From a virus (Duplodnaviria; Heunggongvirae; Uroviricota; Caudoviricetes), in the IMG/VR virus record IMGVR_UViG_3300025693_000001: DNA of 64,000 nucleotides; one strand, 5' to 3'. Below are positions 37,916-47,538 of the stretch, in pieces; position 1 is the first letter of the stretch; the number at the start of each line of letters is the position of its first letter. Both the position numbers and the translations under genes were made by a program. The notes under the pieces were generated by a model that worked only from the letters and a program-made list of their open reading frames with translations, was not told the origin of the DNA and searched no databases.

Positions 37916-40900
37916 TTATCCACCAAATATGAACGAGCTGTTCATCCCAACACCTTCCATATCCTGCACAATAAAGTCGTCCAGTTGAGACATGAGATCT
38001 TGGCGATATAGTTCAGCCGTAGCCATCAAGTCTGCAGCATCCAACGATACACCACCACCAGCACCTGGAAGTGATCCATATTTACCACGAATACGCGCCA
38101 ACATAGTCATCGCTTCTGCGAGTGCGTACCGCTCTATCCATGTTTTTGCAAAACGATCAGTCATTAGATCCTGTTCCGTTCGTTCTATAAAACAATCCAA
38201 TAACACTCGCTCGTTTGCTGTGAATGATTGAAAAAATCCCAACGCTCGTGTACTTTCATTAAAGTTGTATACCAATCTAGTAGCGAATAAATCTTGCATG
38301 GTTTCTATGTATTGTGAAACCAAATGATAGCTAGTCAAATCATACGTGCCCATATTGTATAGTTGCTGCATAGCCAATTGCCCATACACACCACCACCAT
38401 GAGACGTTGCCATGAATGCAGACGTGAAGCGATATGCAGCTGAAACCGTAACGATCTTGTTGTATCCAATTTGTTTGTTTGTTAAAAAGTAGTTCTGTTG
38501 TTGTGGTTGAATATCAAGAAAGTAAAACCCTCTACGGTATGCCATAGAGCTGCGCTTTCGAAACGATTCAATCGCCCCTTGTATAGCAGTGTCCAATTGA
38601 TATGCAGTCAGTTCAACTTCAACTACAGGATAACCCAACTGCGCTCGTATGCTATATGCCAACTCACGTCTCTCATCTGGCGTTCCATCATCACCAACCC
38701 CAATTTGGTCGTATGATCGTTTACTGTCAGCCCCATCAGCTCCGACGATTGGATTAGCAACAATAGCAGCATCTTTAATAGCATTCCACAAGTAACCAGC
38801 TTCCGTCAAATGACGTACGGTGTACGGGTTTGTTATTCCATTTGCTGTTGAGTATCCACACGTTGTTGTAGCCGATACACCAGGTGCCGAAAAGTCAGCA
38901 AACCCCGATGCAGTACATGAAGGTTGATTCATGACTGGTATCATCACAAAATTTGAACTACCAGTACCACTCGATAATATTGAGATGCCACATTCACCGA
39001 ATACGGCACTAGCCACAGACTCTTTTGCTACGTATGCACCACCATCCCAAACAAGTAGTACGTTTTCCGTCGTATCGAACCACAAACTACCACGTTTTGG
39101 TGTGAGTGGTGATGTTGAAAAAATAACGTTCATCCACACAACACCGTTGCGAACCTGAAGTGTATCAACTGATGTATCATACCAATATGTACCACTAGCG
39201 ATTAATGATGGTAGACCTATATTATCCACCGGATTTATAGCATTCCACCCTGCTGCTGGTGTATCATATATGTACCAAAGTCCGGTGGTGGTGTCTAACC
39301 ATCCGTCACCTAGTGTTTGGGTGTGTGGATCTGTTGGTGATATTAGAAAATTGGTAGTTTCTATCCACGCACTACCATCCCACACCATCACCACGTCAGT
39401 TGAAGGGTTGTACCACACGTGATCGATCACCATCTCGGCTGGAAACACTGGATCAGCGGTAGACACGGTAAAGTTTTGTACAATTACCCAATCATTCCCG
39501 ATTGCGTCCCACAACAATAGCTCATCATCTGTGGATCTCCACCAAGCATCGCAAGTATCAACGGTAGATGGATCAACTGCCCACCCGATTACCTGTTGTG
39601 GTATCCATCCACCCGTGTTACCATCATACAAATTCAACTCTTCGGTTTCTGTACTATACCAAAGAACACCATCAACTCTTGATGTCGGCTCTGCTATCTG
39701 AATCATGACGTTTGGGTTTGCTGTTAAATCAGTCCACGAGCCTGTATTCAATATACTAAGGTGTTCTGTTGTTATATCAAACCAATATGTACCATCGGAT
39801 AGTTGGTTGGGAGCTTCATGCCAATATAATGCTGATCGTGGTTCCCACATATTCAAGTGAGAGTCCCACTCACCCAATTGCATATTTATTTCATCATACC
39901 ACCAAGATCCACATACCGGAACATGACAATCAACAGGATCATCGGTTTGTATTGCTGTAATAGCATCGCACCACACCGTACCGTTCCAACGTCTAGCCAC
40001 ACTACTATCTATCCAGTATGAGTCGCATGTTGGTGAGGTTGGATTGTACGGAGATTGTGTATATTCGATTACATTCCACCCTGTAGGCGATGGTGTGTTC
40101 CATCGTGATAGCGTTTTCGTTTGTGGATCGTACCAGTAATCGCCTATTGATGTGACTGTAGGATCGGATGGTTCAACCATAACAGGAAGTTCGTTGTGAT
40201 TCGAGCCATCAAACAAAAACAATTCTTGTGTTTCGTTGTTCCAATAATACTGACCAGCATCCGGGGCGACAGGCGATATGGGTGGATTATCAACCTTGGC
40301 AATTCCAATATTGATTTGATCGACCAAATCCTGATATGTGCCAGCATCAACACCATCAATATCAATCTCTACGATTTTAGCGTTGGTGCCTTTTGGGTAT
40401 GTATCATCAACAACGATATCAAATTTGTACGTTGCACCAGGTAGCAATCCCGTTCCGTCAGAAGGAATAATGCAGGTTTCGGATCCCGTTTTGATGCTAA
40501 TGCGTTGTTCGGCAGGGAAGTGCGTGCCTTCTTCATGTCCATACGAATCAGAGTACGCTCGTTGTCCATCAGAATGATATCTATGCTGGCAATCTGTCGC
40601 ATACCCAGCTACATAATAAGCAACTTTCGGGTCAAGATCTGTTATAACAAACGAAGTGGTAAGTGGTAGATCGTTGCCTTTTTTGTCGCATTCGTAGAAT
40701 GCTCCTATAACGACAGCATCCCCTATACGATCTCCAACATTAGTGTCTGTGTTAGCCGAAGGATCAGCAACATAAACGGTACCATCTTGTGGGATGTTTG
40801 ACGCGTTGAGGGGTTTTGTGTGCAGTAGTACAACCATACCACTATACACACCGTTGTTGCCACATCCAAGTGCTGGTGTGGGAATGTTCCATTCAATTGT

Positions 40901-41005
40901 TGCCTGTGTGGCAGATGGAACACCTTGTTTCATAGCCAGCGTTATGGTTTCCCCTTCAGTCTTCAATTGAAAACTGGTATCGCTGAACGAGTCGAAAGAT
41001 GTCAT
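37916..41005 (-). CDS. 13: Neck protein gp13-like with very large N-terminal extension
   Basis: C-terminal LGYPVVEVEL...Q...AI, W...YALA......R.K...LPG..GGVSL. Start at ATG 41005 with GGAG SD. Confidence 0.85.
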   Translation of the reverse strand: MTSFDSFSDTSFQLKTEGETITLAMKQGVPSATQATIEWNIPTPALGCGNNGVYSGMVVLLHTKPLNASNIPQDGTVYVADPSANTDTNVGDRIGDAVVIGAFYECDKKGNDLPLTTSFVITDLDPKVAYYVAGYATDCQHRYHSDGQRAYSDSYGHEEGTHFPAEQRISIKTGSETCIIPSDGTGLLPGATYKFDIVVDDTYPKGTNAKIVEIDIDGVDAGTYQDLVDQINIGIAKVDNPPISPVAPDAGQYYWNNETQELFLFDGSNHNELPVMVEPSDPTVTSIGDYWYDPQTKTLSRWNTPSPTGWNVIEYTQSPYNPTSPTCDSYWIDSSVARRWNGTVWCDAITAIQTDDPVDCHVPVCGSWWYDEINMQLGEWDSHLNMWEPRSALYWHEAPNQLSDGTYWFDITTEHLSILNTGSWTDLTANPNVMIQIAEPTSRVDGVLWYSTETEELNLYDGNTGGWIPQQVIGWAVDPSTVDTCDAWWRSTDDELLLWDAIGNDWVIVQNFTVSTADPVFPAEMVIDHVWYNPSTDVVMVWDGSAWIETTNFLISPTDPHTQTLGDGWLDTTTGLWYIYDTPAAGWNAINPVDNIGLPSLIASGTYWYDTSVDTLQVRNGVVWMNVIFSTSPLTPKRGSLWFDTTENVLLVWDGGAYVAKESVASAVFGECGISILSSGTGSSNFVMIPVMNQPSCTASGFADFSAPGVSATTTCGYSTANGITNPYTVRHLTEAGYLWNAIKDAAIVANPIVGADGADSKRSYDQIGVGDDGTPDERRELAYSIRAQLGYPVVEVELTAYQLDTAIQGAIESFRKRSSMAYRRGFYFLDIQPQQQNYFLTNKQIGYNKIVTVSAAYRFTSAFMATSHGGGVYGQLAMQQLYNMGTYDLTSYHLVSQYIETMQDLFATRLVYNFNESTRALGFFQSFTANERVLLDCFIERTEQDLMTDRFAKTWIERYALAEAMTMLARIRGKYGSLPGAGGGVSLDAADLMATAELYRQDLMSQLDDFIVQDMEGVGMNSSFIFGG

Positions 41006-41134
41006 AAATACTCCAATGTTATACATTTATTTGGGTATTTATGCACAGTGGATTGGATTATGGTGGGAATGTGAAGTCTTGATTGTTTGTTGCGTATTCA
41101 CCCGCTCCGTGCCCACTATACGCACATACAATCA

Positions 41135-41398
41135 TCAACCCAAACGAAAACGTTTACGGGTTGAAGTCCCTCCTTTCCTGCGTTCGATCGAGCAATATTC
41201 AAACCCACTATCGGTGCATATTTTTAACACCATTCTTAACATTTGTAGTGTCACAACATCGCAAGCGAATCCAATCACATCACATTCCGTTGCTGATGTT
41301 GGTTTAATTATTGTGTGACAAGTGTAATCCTCAGTTTCATCGGGGTGTAGCCGTAAGTGTATGCATCCTGGTGGTAGGGGTTGTGATGTAATTCTCAT
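41135..41398 (-). CDS. Hypothetical protein
   Basis: ATGA overlap with the upstream stop; 87 aa. Confidence 0.55.
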   Translation of the reverse strand: MRITSQPLPPGCIHLRLHPDETEDYTCHTIIKPTSATECDVIGFACDVVTLQMLRMVLKICTDSGFEYCSIERRKGGTSTRKRFRLG

Positions 41399-41721
41399 TC
41401 CGTGTTTCTGGCTAACCACGTATTGATTTTCTTAGTCGTCCAACTTGGTAACATATCATCCATGGGATCAACATCTTTTGCACCATCAAAGCTAACACTG
41501 GTAGCTATCGGATTGTCAATATCTTCATATAACCAATTAACAGAAATGGTGGATGATGGTTTGAGATTGACTGAGTGTCTATCTTTTTTACTCTCACCTA
41601 CAACAAAATTACAGTACCGTGTTACGCTGTACGTTTTTGTTTGTTTTGGTGTTTGTTTTACCGCTTCACGTAAAGCTGCTTTCGATGCCAAATATTGCTT
41701 AAAAGTTAATTTATCGACCAT
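41395..41721 (-). CDS. Hypothetical protein, possible internal head protein
   Basis: N-terminal LTFKQYL...LREA resembles T4 capsid-targeting propeptides; late core at 41753-41758. Confidence 0.65.
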   Translation of the reverse strand: MVDKLTFKQYLASKAALREAVKQTPKQTKTYSVTRYCNFVVGESKKDRHSVNLKPSSTISVNWLYEDIDNPIATSVSFDGAKDVDPMDDMLPSWTTKKINTWLARNTE

Positions 41722-41751
41722 GAGTTACAATTCCTAAATTCCATTATATTG

Positions 41752-42075
41752 TTATTTATCAAGATCACCCACAACCAACCAAAATGATTTCTTACCTATT
41801 TTAAATTGGGTTAATTCGGGGTGGTTAATCGTACGCCACAACAAGCGCGAATCGATATCGGGTATTTTTTTACTTTGTTTTCTTGTAGCCGCAATCTTTT
41901 TGATCGTGCTGGTTGAGTTGTATAATCCGGCGTGCACCAGTATAGACGGCAAAAACATATTCAATTCAACAGCTTGGTCTTTTGATATGTATAATTTGGT
42001 TTCCGATGGTGTTATCCCCAGATGTTCGTTTGTTAGTCCATCAACCAATTCACCGACAATTATGTTATCTATCAT
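41752..42075 (-). CDS. Hypothetical protein with S4-like (TyrRS C-terminal-like) motifs
   Basis: LPSILVHAGLYNSTS...FKIGKKSFWLV. Confidence 0.55.
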   Translation of the reverse strand: MIDNIIVGELVDGLTNEHLGITPSETKLYISKDQAVELNMFLPSILVHAGLYNSTSTIKKIAATRKQSKKIPDIDSRLLWRTINHPELTQFKIGKKSFWLVVGDLDK

Positions 42076-42266
42076 GCTAGTTGTGGAGGTTGTGGTTGAA
42101 TGGGGTATGCCGTATTCAGGTGGGATTGAAGTTGTTGCTTTGTTGTGTTTACCACATCAACATCACTAGAATCTACAGGCATATATATCTCACACCCACT
42201 AGGAGTGGTTGCCATTACATATACCATTTTGGTGTTAAGTGGGACGTTATCAAGTGGATTAGTCAT
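42072..42266 (-). CDS. Hypothetical protein
   Basis: 64 aa with AGGA SD, ATGA overlap with the next gene. Confidence 0.55.
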   Translation of the reverse strand: MTNPLDNVPLNTKMVYVMATTPSGCEIYMPVDSSDVDVVNTTKQQLQSHLNTAYPIQPQPPQLA

Positions 42267-42299
42267 GCTATCTTCCTATTATGTATCACAAAAGTATCA

Positions 42300-42328
42300 A
42301 CAATACCAAACATATCACACTTTGACAA
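42300..42328 (-). promoter_or_regulatory. Sigma70-type promoter
   Basis: TTGTCA-17 nt-TATTGT immediately after a terminator. Confidence 0.55.
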
Positions 42329-42350
42329 CTGCAACGTTTCTGATAAACAT

Positions 42351-42377
42351 AAAAAAACCCACCGGAGTGGGTTTTTT
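42351..42377 (-). terminator. Intrinsic terminator
   Basis: AAAAAACCCAC-4 nt loop-GTGGGTTTTTTT. Confidence 0.9.
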
Positions 42378-42398
42378 GTTAATGGTGTATACCATCAA

Positions 42399-43166
42399 TT
42401 AAGATGCAGTGAATGTCATCCAAACAGCAAGTGAAGCGCCACCTGTTAAAGCAGTTTCAGCAACTGTCGCAACCGATGTTGTGCTACCTGCAGCAGTTAT
42501 CAAACCACCAGCCATGTAATGGTTTGTGATAGCAAGTGCCAAATCAGCAGTTGTGTGTGTAACAGAGTTACCTGTAACAACGATAGTATTACCTGTTACC
42601 ATAACTTTTGGAGATGCAACAACAGCGTCAACGATTTCGATCGTCAAGTCGTTACCAGCGCTTCCAGAAACAGCTGCAGTTACAACTAAGTCTGTGTTTA
42701 CTGTAACGGTAGCGTATGTACCTGTGCCACCAGTCAAGCTAGTTGGACCAACAGCAGTTAGAGTTGTACCACCAACATTCACAGCAGATACTAATGCCGA
42801 TGCTTCTGGGCTATCTGTAATAGCTGTAACTATCTGTGCTGCTGTAGTCGTTGCATCGCCTGTTACTGTGATTGCTGTACCGACTACGGTTACCACTGGT
42901 ACCGCTACTCCACCTGTTGCGTGTGTAATTGTTACTGCTTCACCGGTAGTGCCTGTTGCTACTGCAACATAAGTGATTGATCCGACTGCTAAGGCTAGAG
43001 ATGCTTCAGGAAATATATCCTCGTCACCAATTGCACATAGAGAAACAACTCCTGTTTCTGCTGTGTCAAGCATACGCATCTGACCACGGATACCACCGTC
43101 GTCGCCTGTTACTGGTAATACTGCTACTTGTGGGATTCTAGATCTGTTTTCGTTTAAAAGTGCCAT
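42399..43166 (-). CDS. Putative capsid decoration/outer protein with two repeated domains
   Basis: Follows the major capsid gene with its own late promoter (43212-43217), AGGAG SD and terminator; Ala/Thr/Val-rich duplicated domain. Confidence 0.6.
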   Translation of the reverse strand: MALLNENRSRIPQVAVLPVTGDDGGIRGQMRMLDTAETGVVSLCAIGDEDIFPEASLALAVGSITYVAVATGTTGEAVTITHATGGVAVPVVTVVGTAITVTGDATTTAAQIVTAITDSPEASALVSAVNVGGTTLTAVGPTSLTGGTGTYATVTVNTDLVVTAAVSGSAGNDLTIEIVDAVVASPKVMVTGNTIVVTGNSVTHTTADLALAITNHYMAGGLITAAGSTTSVATVAETALTGGASLAVWMTFTAS

Positions 43167-43240
43167 TGTTAACTTCTCCTAATTTGTGATGTTTAATGGT
43201 GTATATGAATCTATTTATGCTGATATCAAAACCAGCAGAC

Positions 43241-43268
43241 AAAAAAAAACCCACCGAAGTGGGTTTTT
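43241..43268 (-). terminator. Intrinsic terminator after the major capsid gene
   Basis: CCCAC-UUCG-GUGGG followed by U9. Confidence 0.92.
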
Positions 43269-43285
43269 CTCTATACTGAAAGACC

Positions 43286-44701
43286 TTATGTAAGATCTAA
43301 ACCAACAACGTTGATTTTACCGTAGTAATCAGCACTGTTTCCTAACGAAGTAGTATCATCAGTGAACACGGCTTTACCGTAACGAGTCATCAATGATGTT
43401 ACAGGTTGGAAAGTAGTTGGGTTAACAACCACACCTGAGCTCATTAATGGGATATACGGACAGTAAAAGTAACCTGCGTCAGTTTCACCGTTACCACCTT
43501 TGTAACCGATTAAGATAGTATCATCATTACCAGCTTGTACTTGACCTAAGTTCAATCCAGCACCTGCTTGGTTAAACAAGTAAGAGTAAACTTTGATAGT
43601 ACCATTTAGTGTACCAACTAACATTGTGTTGTTAGGACCTTTGAAAGAACCATCTACAGCTGGAGCAAATACTGATTTGCTAGCAGATTGTAAGATAGAT
43701 ACGATCATTGGAGAAACAACAATGTAGTTACCAGCACCACGACGTGTTTTACGAGCGATTTCATTCGCTACACGGTTGATGATAACACTGATGTTAGCTA
43801 AACGATCACCAACATAAGAAGGTGTGTAGTTTCCAGCAGTACCATATGCACCAGCGCCTGCACCGTCAAAAGTTTCTACTGTACCAGCTAATGCCATTAA
43901 ATCAGTGATGATTTCTTGGTCGATCTCTTGAACGATCTCAGCAGAAAGAGCTTGTGTCATTTCTGACTCTAAGTCTAAACCATGTTGAGCGTTTAAATCT
44001 TGCATAGCTTCGATAGTCCAACCAGCTTGCAATTTACGTGAACCAGCTTCAACAGCCTGAGACACAACGTCCATAGTCATCTTACGACCACCAGAACCTT
44101 CTAAGTATGAACCAGAACCACCGTGTAAGTCACCGTTTGCGTCAACACCAGCAGCGCCAGGAGTAGCAGGTAAGCTTGAAGGCCATGCGAAACCAGATGC
44201 AATAGCACCTTCGATGTCGCCAGTTCCAGCTTGTCCATCAGAACCCATAGCAGATCCACCAGCAGGTACTGGATCAGCATTGTCAAGTGCACCAGCTGCA
44301 CCAGAATACCACTGACGAATTGGAGAAGCATTACCAAATACTTCATCACCAGCTGCAATAGCACCCGGTAAACCGAATGGGTTTGCGTGGTCTGTACCAG
44401 CAACAGCTTCAGCGTAACGGTAACGTAGTGTGTACACTAAGCCAACTGGACCAGTCATTGGTTGTACACCAACTAATTCAGTAGCGATTGTACCAGGGAT
44501 AATTCTTCGAATCATAGGGATCATGATTTTTCTGAATCCAGCGATGCTATCAGCGCCAGTCGAACCAGCAGCAGCTGTTTCGTTTAAAAGGTGGTTTTTT
44601 TGGTTTTCTAACAATGGAGCAACAACTGCTTGTTTGTCAGCGGACAGACCTTCAAGTAAAGCTACTTTAGTTTCTGACCAGTTTTGAAATAATTCTTCCA
44701 T
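43286..44701 (-). CDS. 23: Major capsid protein
   Basis: LLENQ, IPMIRR..P, GVQPMTGPVG, SRKL.A.WT.EA.QDL...HGLD.E, EIDQE, TRRG.GN, YCPYIPL, FQP....TRY. Confidence 0.98.
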   Translation of the reverse strand: MEELFQNWSETKVALLEGLSADKQAVVAPLLENQKNHLLNETAAAGSTGADSIAGFRKIMIPMIRRIIPGTIATELVGVQPMTGPVGLVYTLRYRYAEAVAGTDHANPFGLPGAIAAGDEVFGNASPIRQWYSGAAGALDNADPVPAGGSAMGSDGQAGTGDIEGAIASGFAWPSSLPATPGAAGVDANGDLHGGSGSYLEGSGGRKMTMDVVSQAVEAGSRKLQAGWTIEAMQDLNAQHGLDLESEMTQALSAEIVQEIDQEIITDLMALAGTVETFDGAGAGAYGTAGNYTPSYVGDRLANISVIINRVANEIARKTRRGAGNYIVVSPMIVSILQSASKSVFAPAVDGSFKGPNNTMLVGTLNGTIKVYSYLFNQAGAGLNLGQVQAGNDDTILIGYKGGNGETDAGYFYCPYIPLMSSGVVVNPTTFQPVTSLMTRYGKAVFTDDTTSLGNSADYYGKINVVGLDLT

Positions 44702-44738
44702 AATGATATCTCCTAGATTTTATGAAAATGTTTGATAT

Positions 44739-45722
44739 TTATTTGATACCAGCGATCTTTTGCAAATATGCTATACGTTGAGCTGATGCGTTTTCATCAC
44801 CTGCGCTCTCGATAATCATTTCTGCTGAGTCACCAGTTACAATACGACCTTCTTTAACAGCTTCGTCATCAGAATCTTTTTCGTCATCTTTTTTCTTGCT
44901 GCTTTTTTTCTTGTCGTCTTTTTTGTCATCATCGTCATCGTCAGCTAGTACTTTATCTTCCTTCTCTGAGTCATCATCTGATTTTTCTTCTGCTTCACGA
45001 AGTACACGACCGATAAAAGTGCTGTATCCTTCATGTAATTGCTCTGTGTCCACATTACGTAATATAGCTTCCATCACTTCACGTTGACGTCCTGCAAGAG
45101 GTTCTAAAACTTCTCCCATTACTTCGCTGCGTTGCATAGTAGCTAGTTCTGTTTGTGATTCCATTAATGCTTCTTCTGTATCTGATAAACGTTGTTGAGC
45201 TTCATGTAATGATAGTTCAGCCGCGTCGTCGTCAGAATAACTCATCATAAACTCTTGTGAGAATGCTTCGAAAATCTTACGACCAAAGCTGTTTTTACTA
45301 ACTTCGTCTAAATCTTCGCGTAATTCTGACATTTCTGAGTCTAATCTGATTTCCAAGAAAGCGTCAATCTTTTCAACTAAATCTGATAAATCACCTTTAA
45401 GCTCATCTGACATTGCAGATTTTGCTTCAACTAATTTATCAGCGTATTCAGCTTCGAGGTCACGAAATCTTTCGATGTCCTCTTTTAGTTCTTCAACTTC
45501 AGCTTGCATGAAGTCGGTTACTTTGCTATCAATAGCTTCCACTAATTGATCACGTTCTCCGATCCATTGTTCCGTCAATGAAGCACGAACATCAGCAGCT
45601 GCATCTTCTTTCGCCGCATCAATCGCTTCATCCAATTTTGTTTGGAAAGCACCTTCTAATTCTTTCTTTGTATCTTCAGAAAGAACGTCGGCCTCCAAAA
45701 GTTTTTGCAGTAGTTCGTTCAT
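44739..45722 (-). CDS. 22: Prohead core scaffold protein, gp22-like
   Basis: Acidic coiled coil, position upstream of the major capsid gene, many LxE sites. Confidence 0.85.
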   Translation of the reverse strand: MNELLQKLLEADVLSEDTKKELEGAFQTKLDEAIDAAKEDAAADVRASLTEQWIGERDQLVEAIDSKVTDFMQAEVEELKEDIERFRDLEAEYADKLVEAKSAMSDELKGDLSDLVEKIDAFLEIRLDSEMSELREDLDEVSKNSFGRKIFEAFSQEFMMSYSDDDAAELSLHEAQQRLSDTEEALMESQTELATMQRSEVMGEVLEPLAGRQREVMEAILRNVDTEQLHEGYSTFIGRVLREAEEKSDDDSEKEDKVLADDDDDDKKDDKKKSSKKKDDEKDSDDEAVKEGRIVTGDSAEMIIESAGDENASAQRIAYLQKIAGIK

Positions 45723-45922
45723 GTAAAGTTTCTCCTAATAAACAAATGGTATACTGTAGTAGTATTTCCGTTACAAACTATTTATGTAGAGCGTTGTTTA
45801 TGCAGTGTTAATTGATACGGAGAGGGGAAGAGACCACAGAACCTGCGGTGGCAGATTTGTGGTCATATTTGAGTTTTCTGGAAAATGTCGGTATTTATGC
45901 CATACCAATCGGGAGTTACCTT

Positions 45923-46321
45923 CTACCGTTGATGTTTATCGAAGTAGTAAAAAGTGTGGCGTGTCCCCTTGGGTGACTTGCTCTTGACTACTGGTCCGAA
46001 GTCTTTAGCACCCCAATGCAGATCTTTAAAAACAGAGATTTCGTGGTCGGCTGCTTTATCATCAACAGCATCTACAACAAGGATATTGTTATATTTGAAT
46101 TCATCTTTCGATCCTTTCTTATATACGCCTGCTCGTTTGAAGTTTTGTTTCTCGTGTGCTTTTGCACGCTTATCCTGAACATTTTTGGTGCGGTCATCTT
46201 CACCCCGTTGTGCCATGTCATTGTCAATGTCTTTGCGTTGCTTATACGACATTCTGGATTTGTGGCTTTGATTCTTTTCATCACCAATAAGTGTTGCTTC
46301 AAATATATCTATAACTTTCAC
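45923..46321 (-). CDS. Hypothetical basic protein, possible internal head protein
   Basis: GTG start with AAGGA SD; N-terminus MKVIDIFEA; lies between protease and scaffold. Confidence 0.65.
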   Translation of the reverse strand: MKVIDIFEATLIGDEKNQSHKSRMSYKQRKDIDNDMAQRGEDDRTKNVQDKRAKAHEKQNFKRAGVYKKGSKDEFKYNNILVVDAVDDKAADHEISVFKDLHWGAKDFGPVVKSKSPKGTRHTFYYFDKHQR

Positions 46322-46345
46322 GTGTCATCCTTTGATTCTTAACAG

Positions 46346-46984
46346 TTATTTGCGTTTAGCGAATAACCCTTCGTTTAGAAATTTCATAATTTCTTTTTTC
46401 AGGTATTGTTGTGCTGCTATGTCATGCTTAACCGCTTCCGAAAGATCCATGATGTGACTCCCATTCTTTGATTGCTCAATGGACTCAAGTATCGATTGTG
46501 GAACTGCACCAGGAGCTGATGGTTGAGCTACGATATCAACCGTAACGAACTGAAAACCTGTTACACCACCTGATTCATTTACTGCTCCAGCACCCCTAGA
46601 TGACACACCAATTGCAACGCCAGATTTAACTAATTCTTTTGCAATGTTGCCCATTGGTGTGTTTAATAGTTTAGCTTTACCGATAGCATTACTACCTTCA
46701 ACACGCAATTCAGTGATAACGTGTGATACACGATCCAAGTTAATTGATAGAGTTTGTGGATGATCTAATTCACCCATAATGCCGTTTGATTCTTTGATGA
46801 CGCGTTGGCCAGCTTGTACAGCTGCATTGATTTCATGGATTGGATATACACGTCCGTTACGGTTTTTGATATCCGCTTGCATGAAAATACCATTTAACCA
46901 CAAATCTTTACCATCCTGTGATGATTCTGTGATTAGTCCAGCTTGTGCTGGTGTTAATTCTTCGATTAAAAGTTGGTTGCTCAT
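46346..46984 (-). CDS. 21: Prohead protease
   Basis: GIFMQA..KNRNGR.YP, GELDHP, VSH, TPMG, GVSSRG.G, DIV..PSAP.A. Confidence 0.97.
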   Translation of the reverse strand: MSNQLLIEELTPAQAGLITESSQDGKDLWLNGIFMQADIKNRNGRVYPIHEINAAVQAGQRVIKESNGIMGELDHPQTLSINLDRVSHVITELRVEGSNAIGKAKLLNTPMGNIAKELVKSGVAIGVSSRGAGAVNESGGVTGFQFVTVDIVAQPSAPGAVPQSILESIEQSKNGSHIMDLSEAVKHDIAAQQYLKKEIMKFLNEGLFAKRK

Positions 46985-47012
46985 AATATTAATTCCTATG
47001 ATATATTTTTAG

Positions 47013-47020
47013 TATTTATA
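47013..47020 (-). promoter_or_regulatory. T4-type late promoter (TATAAATA)
   Basis: Perfect octamer upstream of the protease gene. Confidence 0.75.
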
Positions 47021-47039
47021 CTAACTTAGTGATAGACAC

Positions 47040-47070
47040 AAAAAAAGGGAAGTCATTACAACTTCCCTTT
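47040..47070 (-). terminator. Intrinsic terminator
   Basis: AAAGGGAAG-loop-CTTCCCTTT followed by U run. Confidence 0.8.
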
Positions 47071-47096
47071 CCGTTAATTACCCAATAACGAGTATA

Positions 47097-47537
47097 TTAA
47101 GTAGTACCTAGACCATAGTCGCGGCCATCTGCAAATTTAACTGGCTTTTTGATAGGCTCAGCAGTTTTTGCTTTGGATTTACCATTTGTTTTATAATTGA
47201 TTTTACCAACTTTCGGGCAAGGCTCAGTTGTTTTAGCTGATTTCTTACCACCTTTTTTGTATTGGATTTTACCAACCTTCTTTGACATAGAACCTTCGGA
47301 TGGTTGTGAGAATCCTTCGTCAACTTTTTCGTCTTCATCTTCATCATCTTCATCTTCATCATCTTTGTCTTTGTCGTCTTCATCGTCTTCATCTTCATCA
47401 CACGTCTCACCCAACACGATTTCGCGCGCTTTTTCTTGTAGGTATGCGTGAAAGTTTATTTGTGAAGATTCAGCATTTTCGTTAATTAAATCTTCAACCA
47501 TGCTTTGGATGTACGATAGTTGTTGTGTTGTACTCAT
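47097..47537 (-). CDS. Prohead core protein (gp67/gp68-like position)
   Basis: Helical N-terminus, D/E tract, Lys-rich 22 aa tandem repeat; between portal and protease. Confidence 0.7.
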   Translation of the reverse strand: MSTTQQLSYIQSMVEDLINENAESSQINFHAYLQEKAREIVLGETCDEDEDDEDDKDKDDEDEDDEDEDEKVDEGFSQPSEGSMSKKVGKIQYKKGGKKSAKTTEPCPKVGKINYKTNGKSKAKTAEPIKKPVKFADGRDYGLGTT

Positions 47538-47538
47538 T

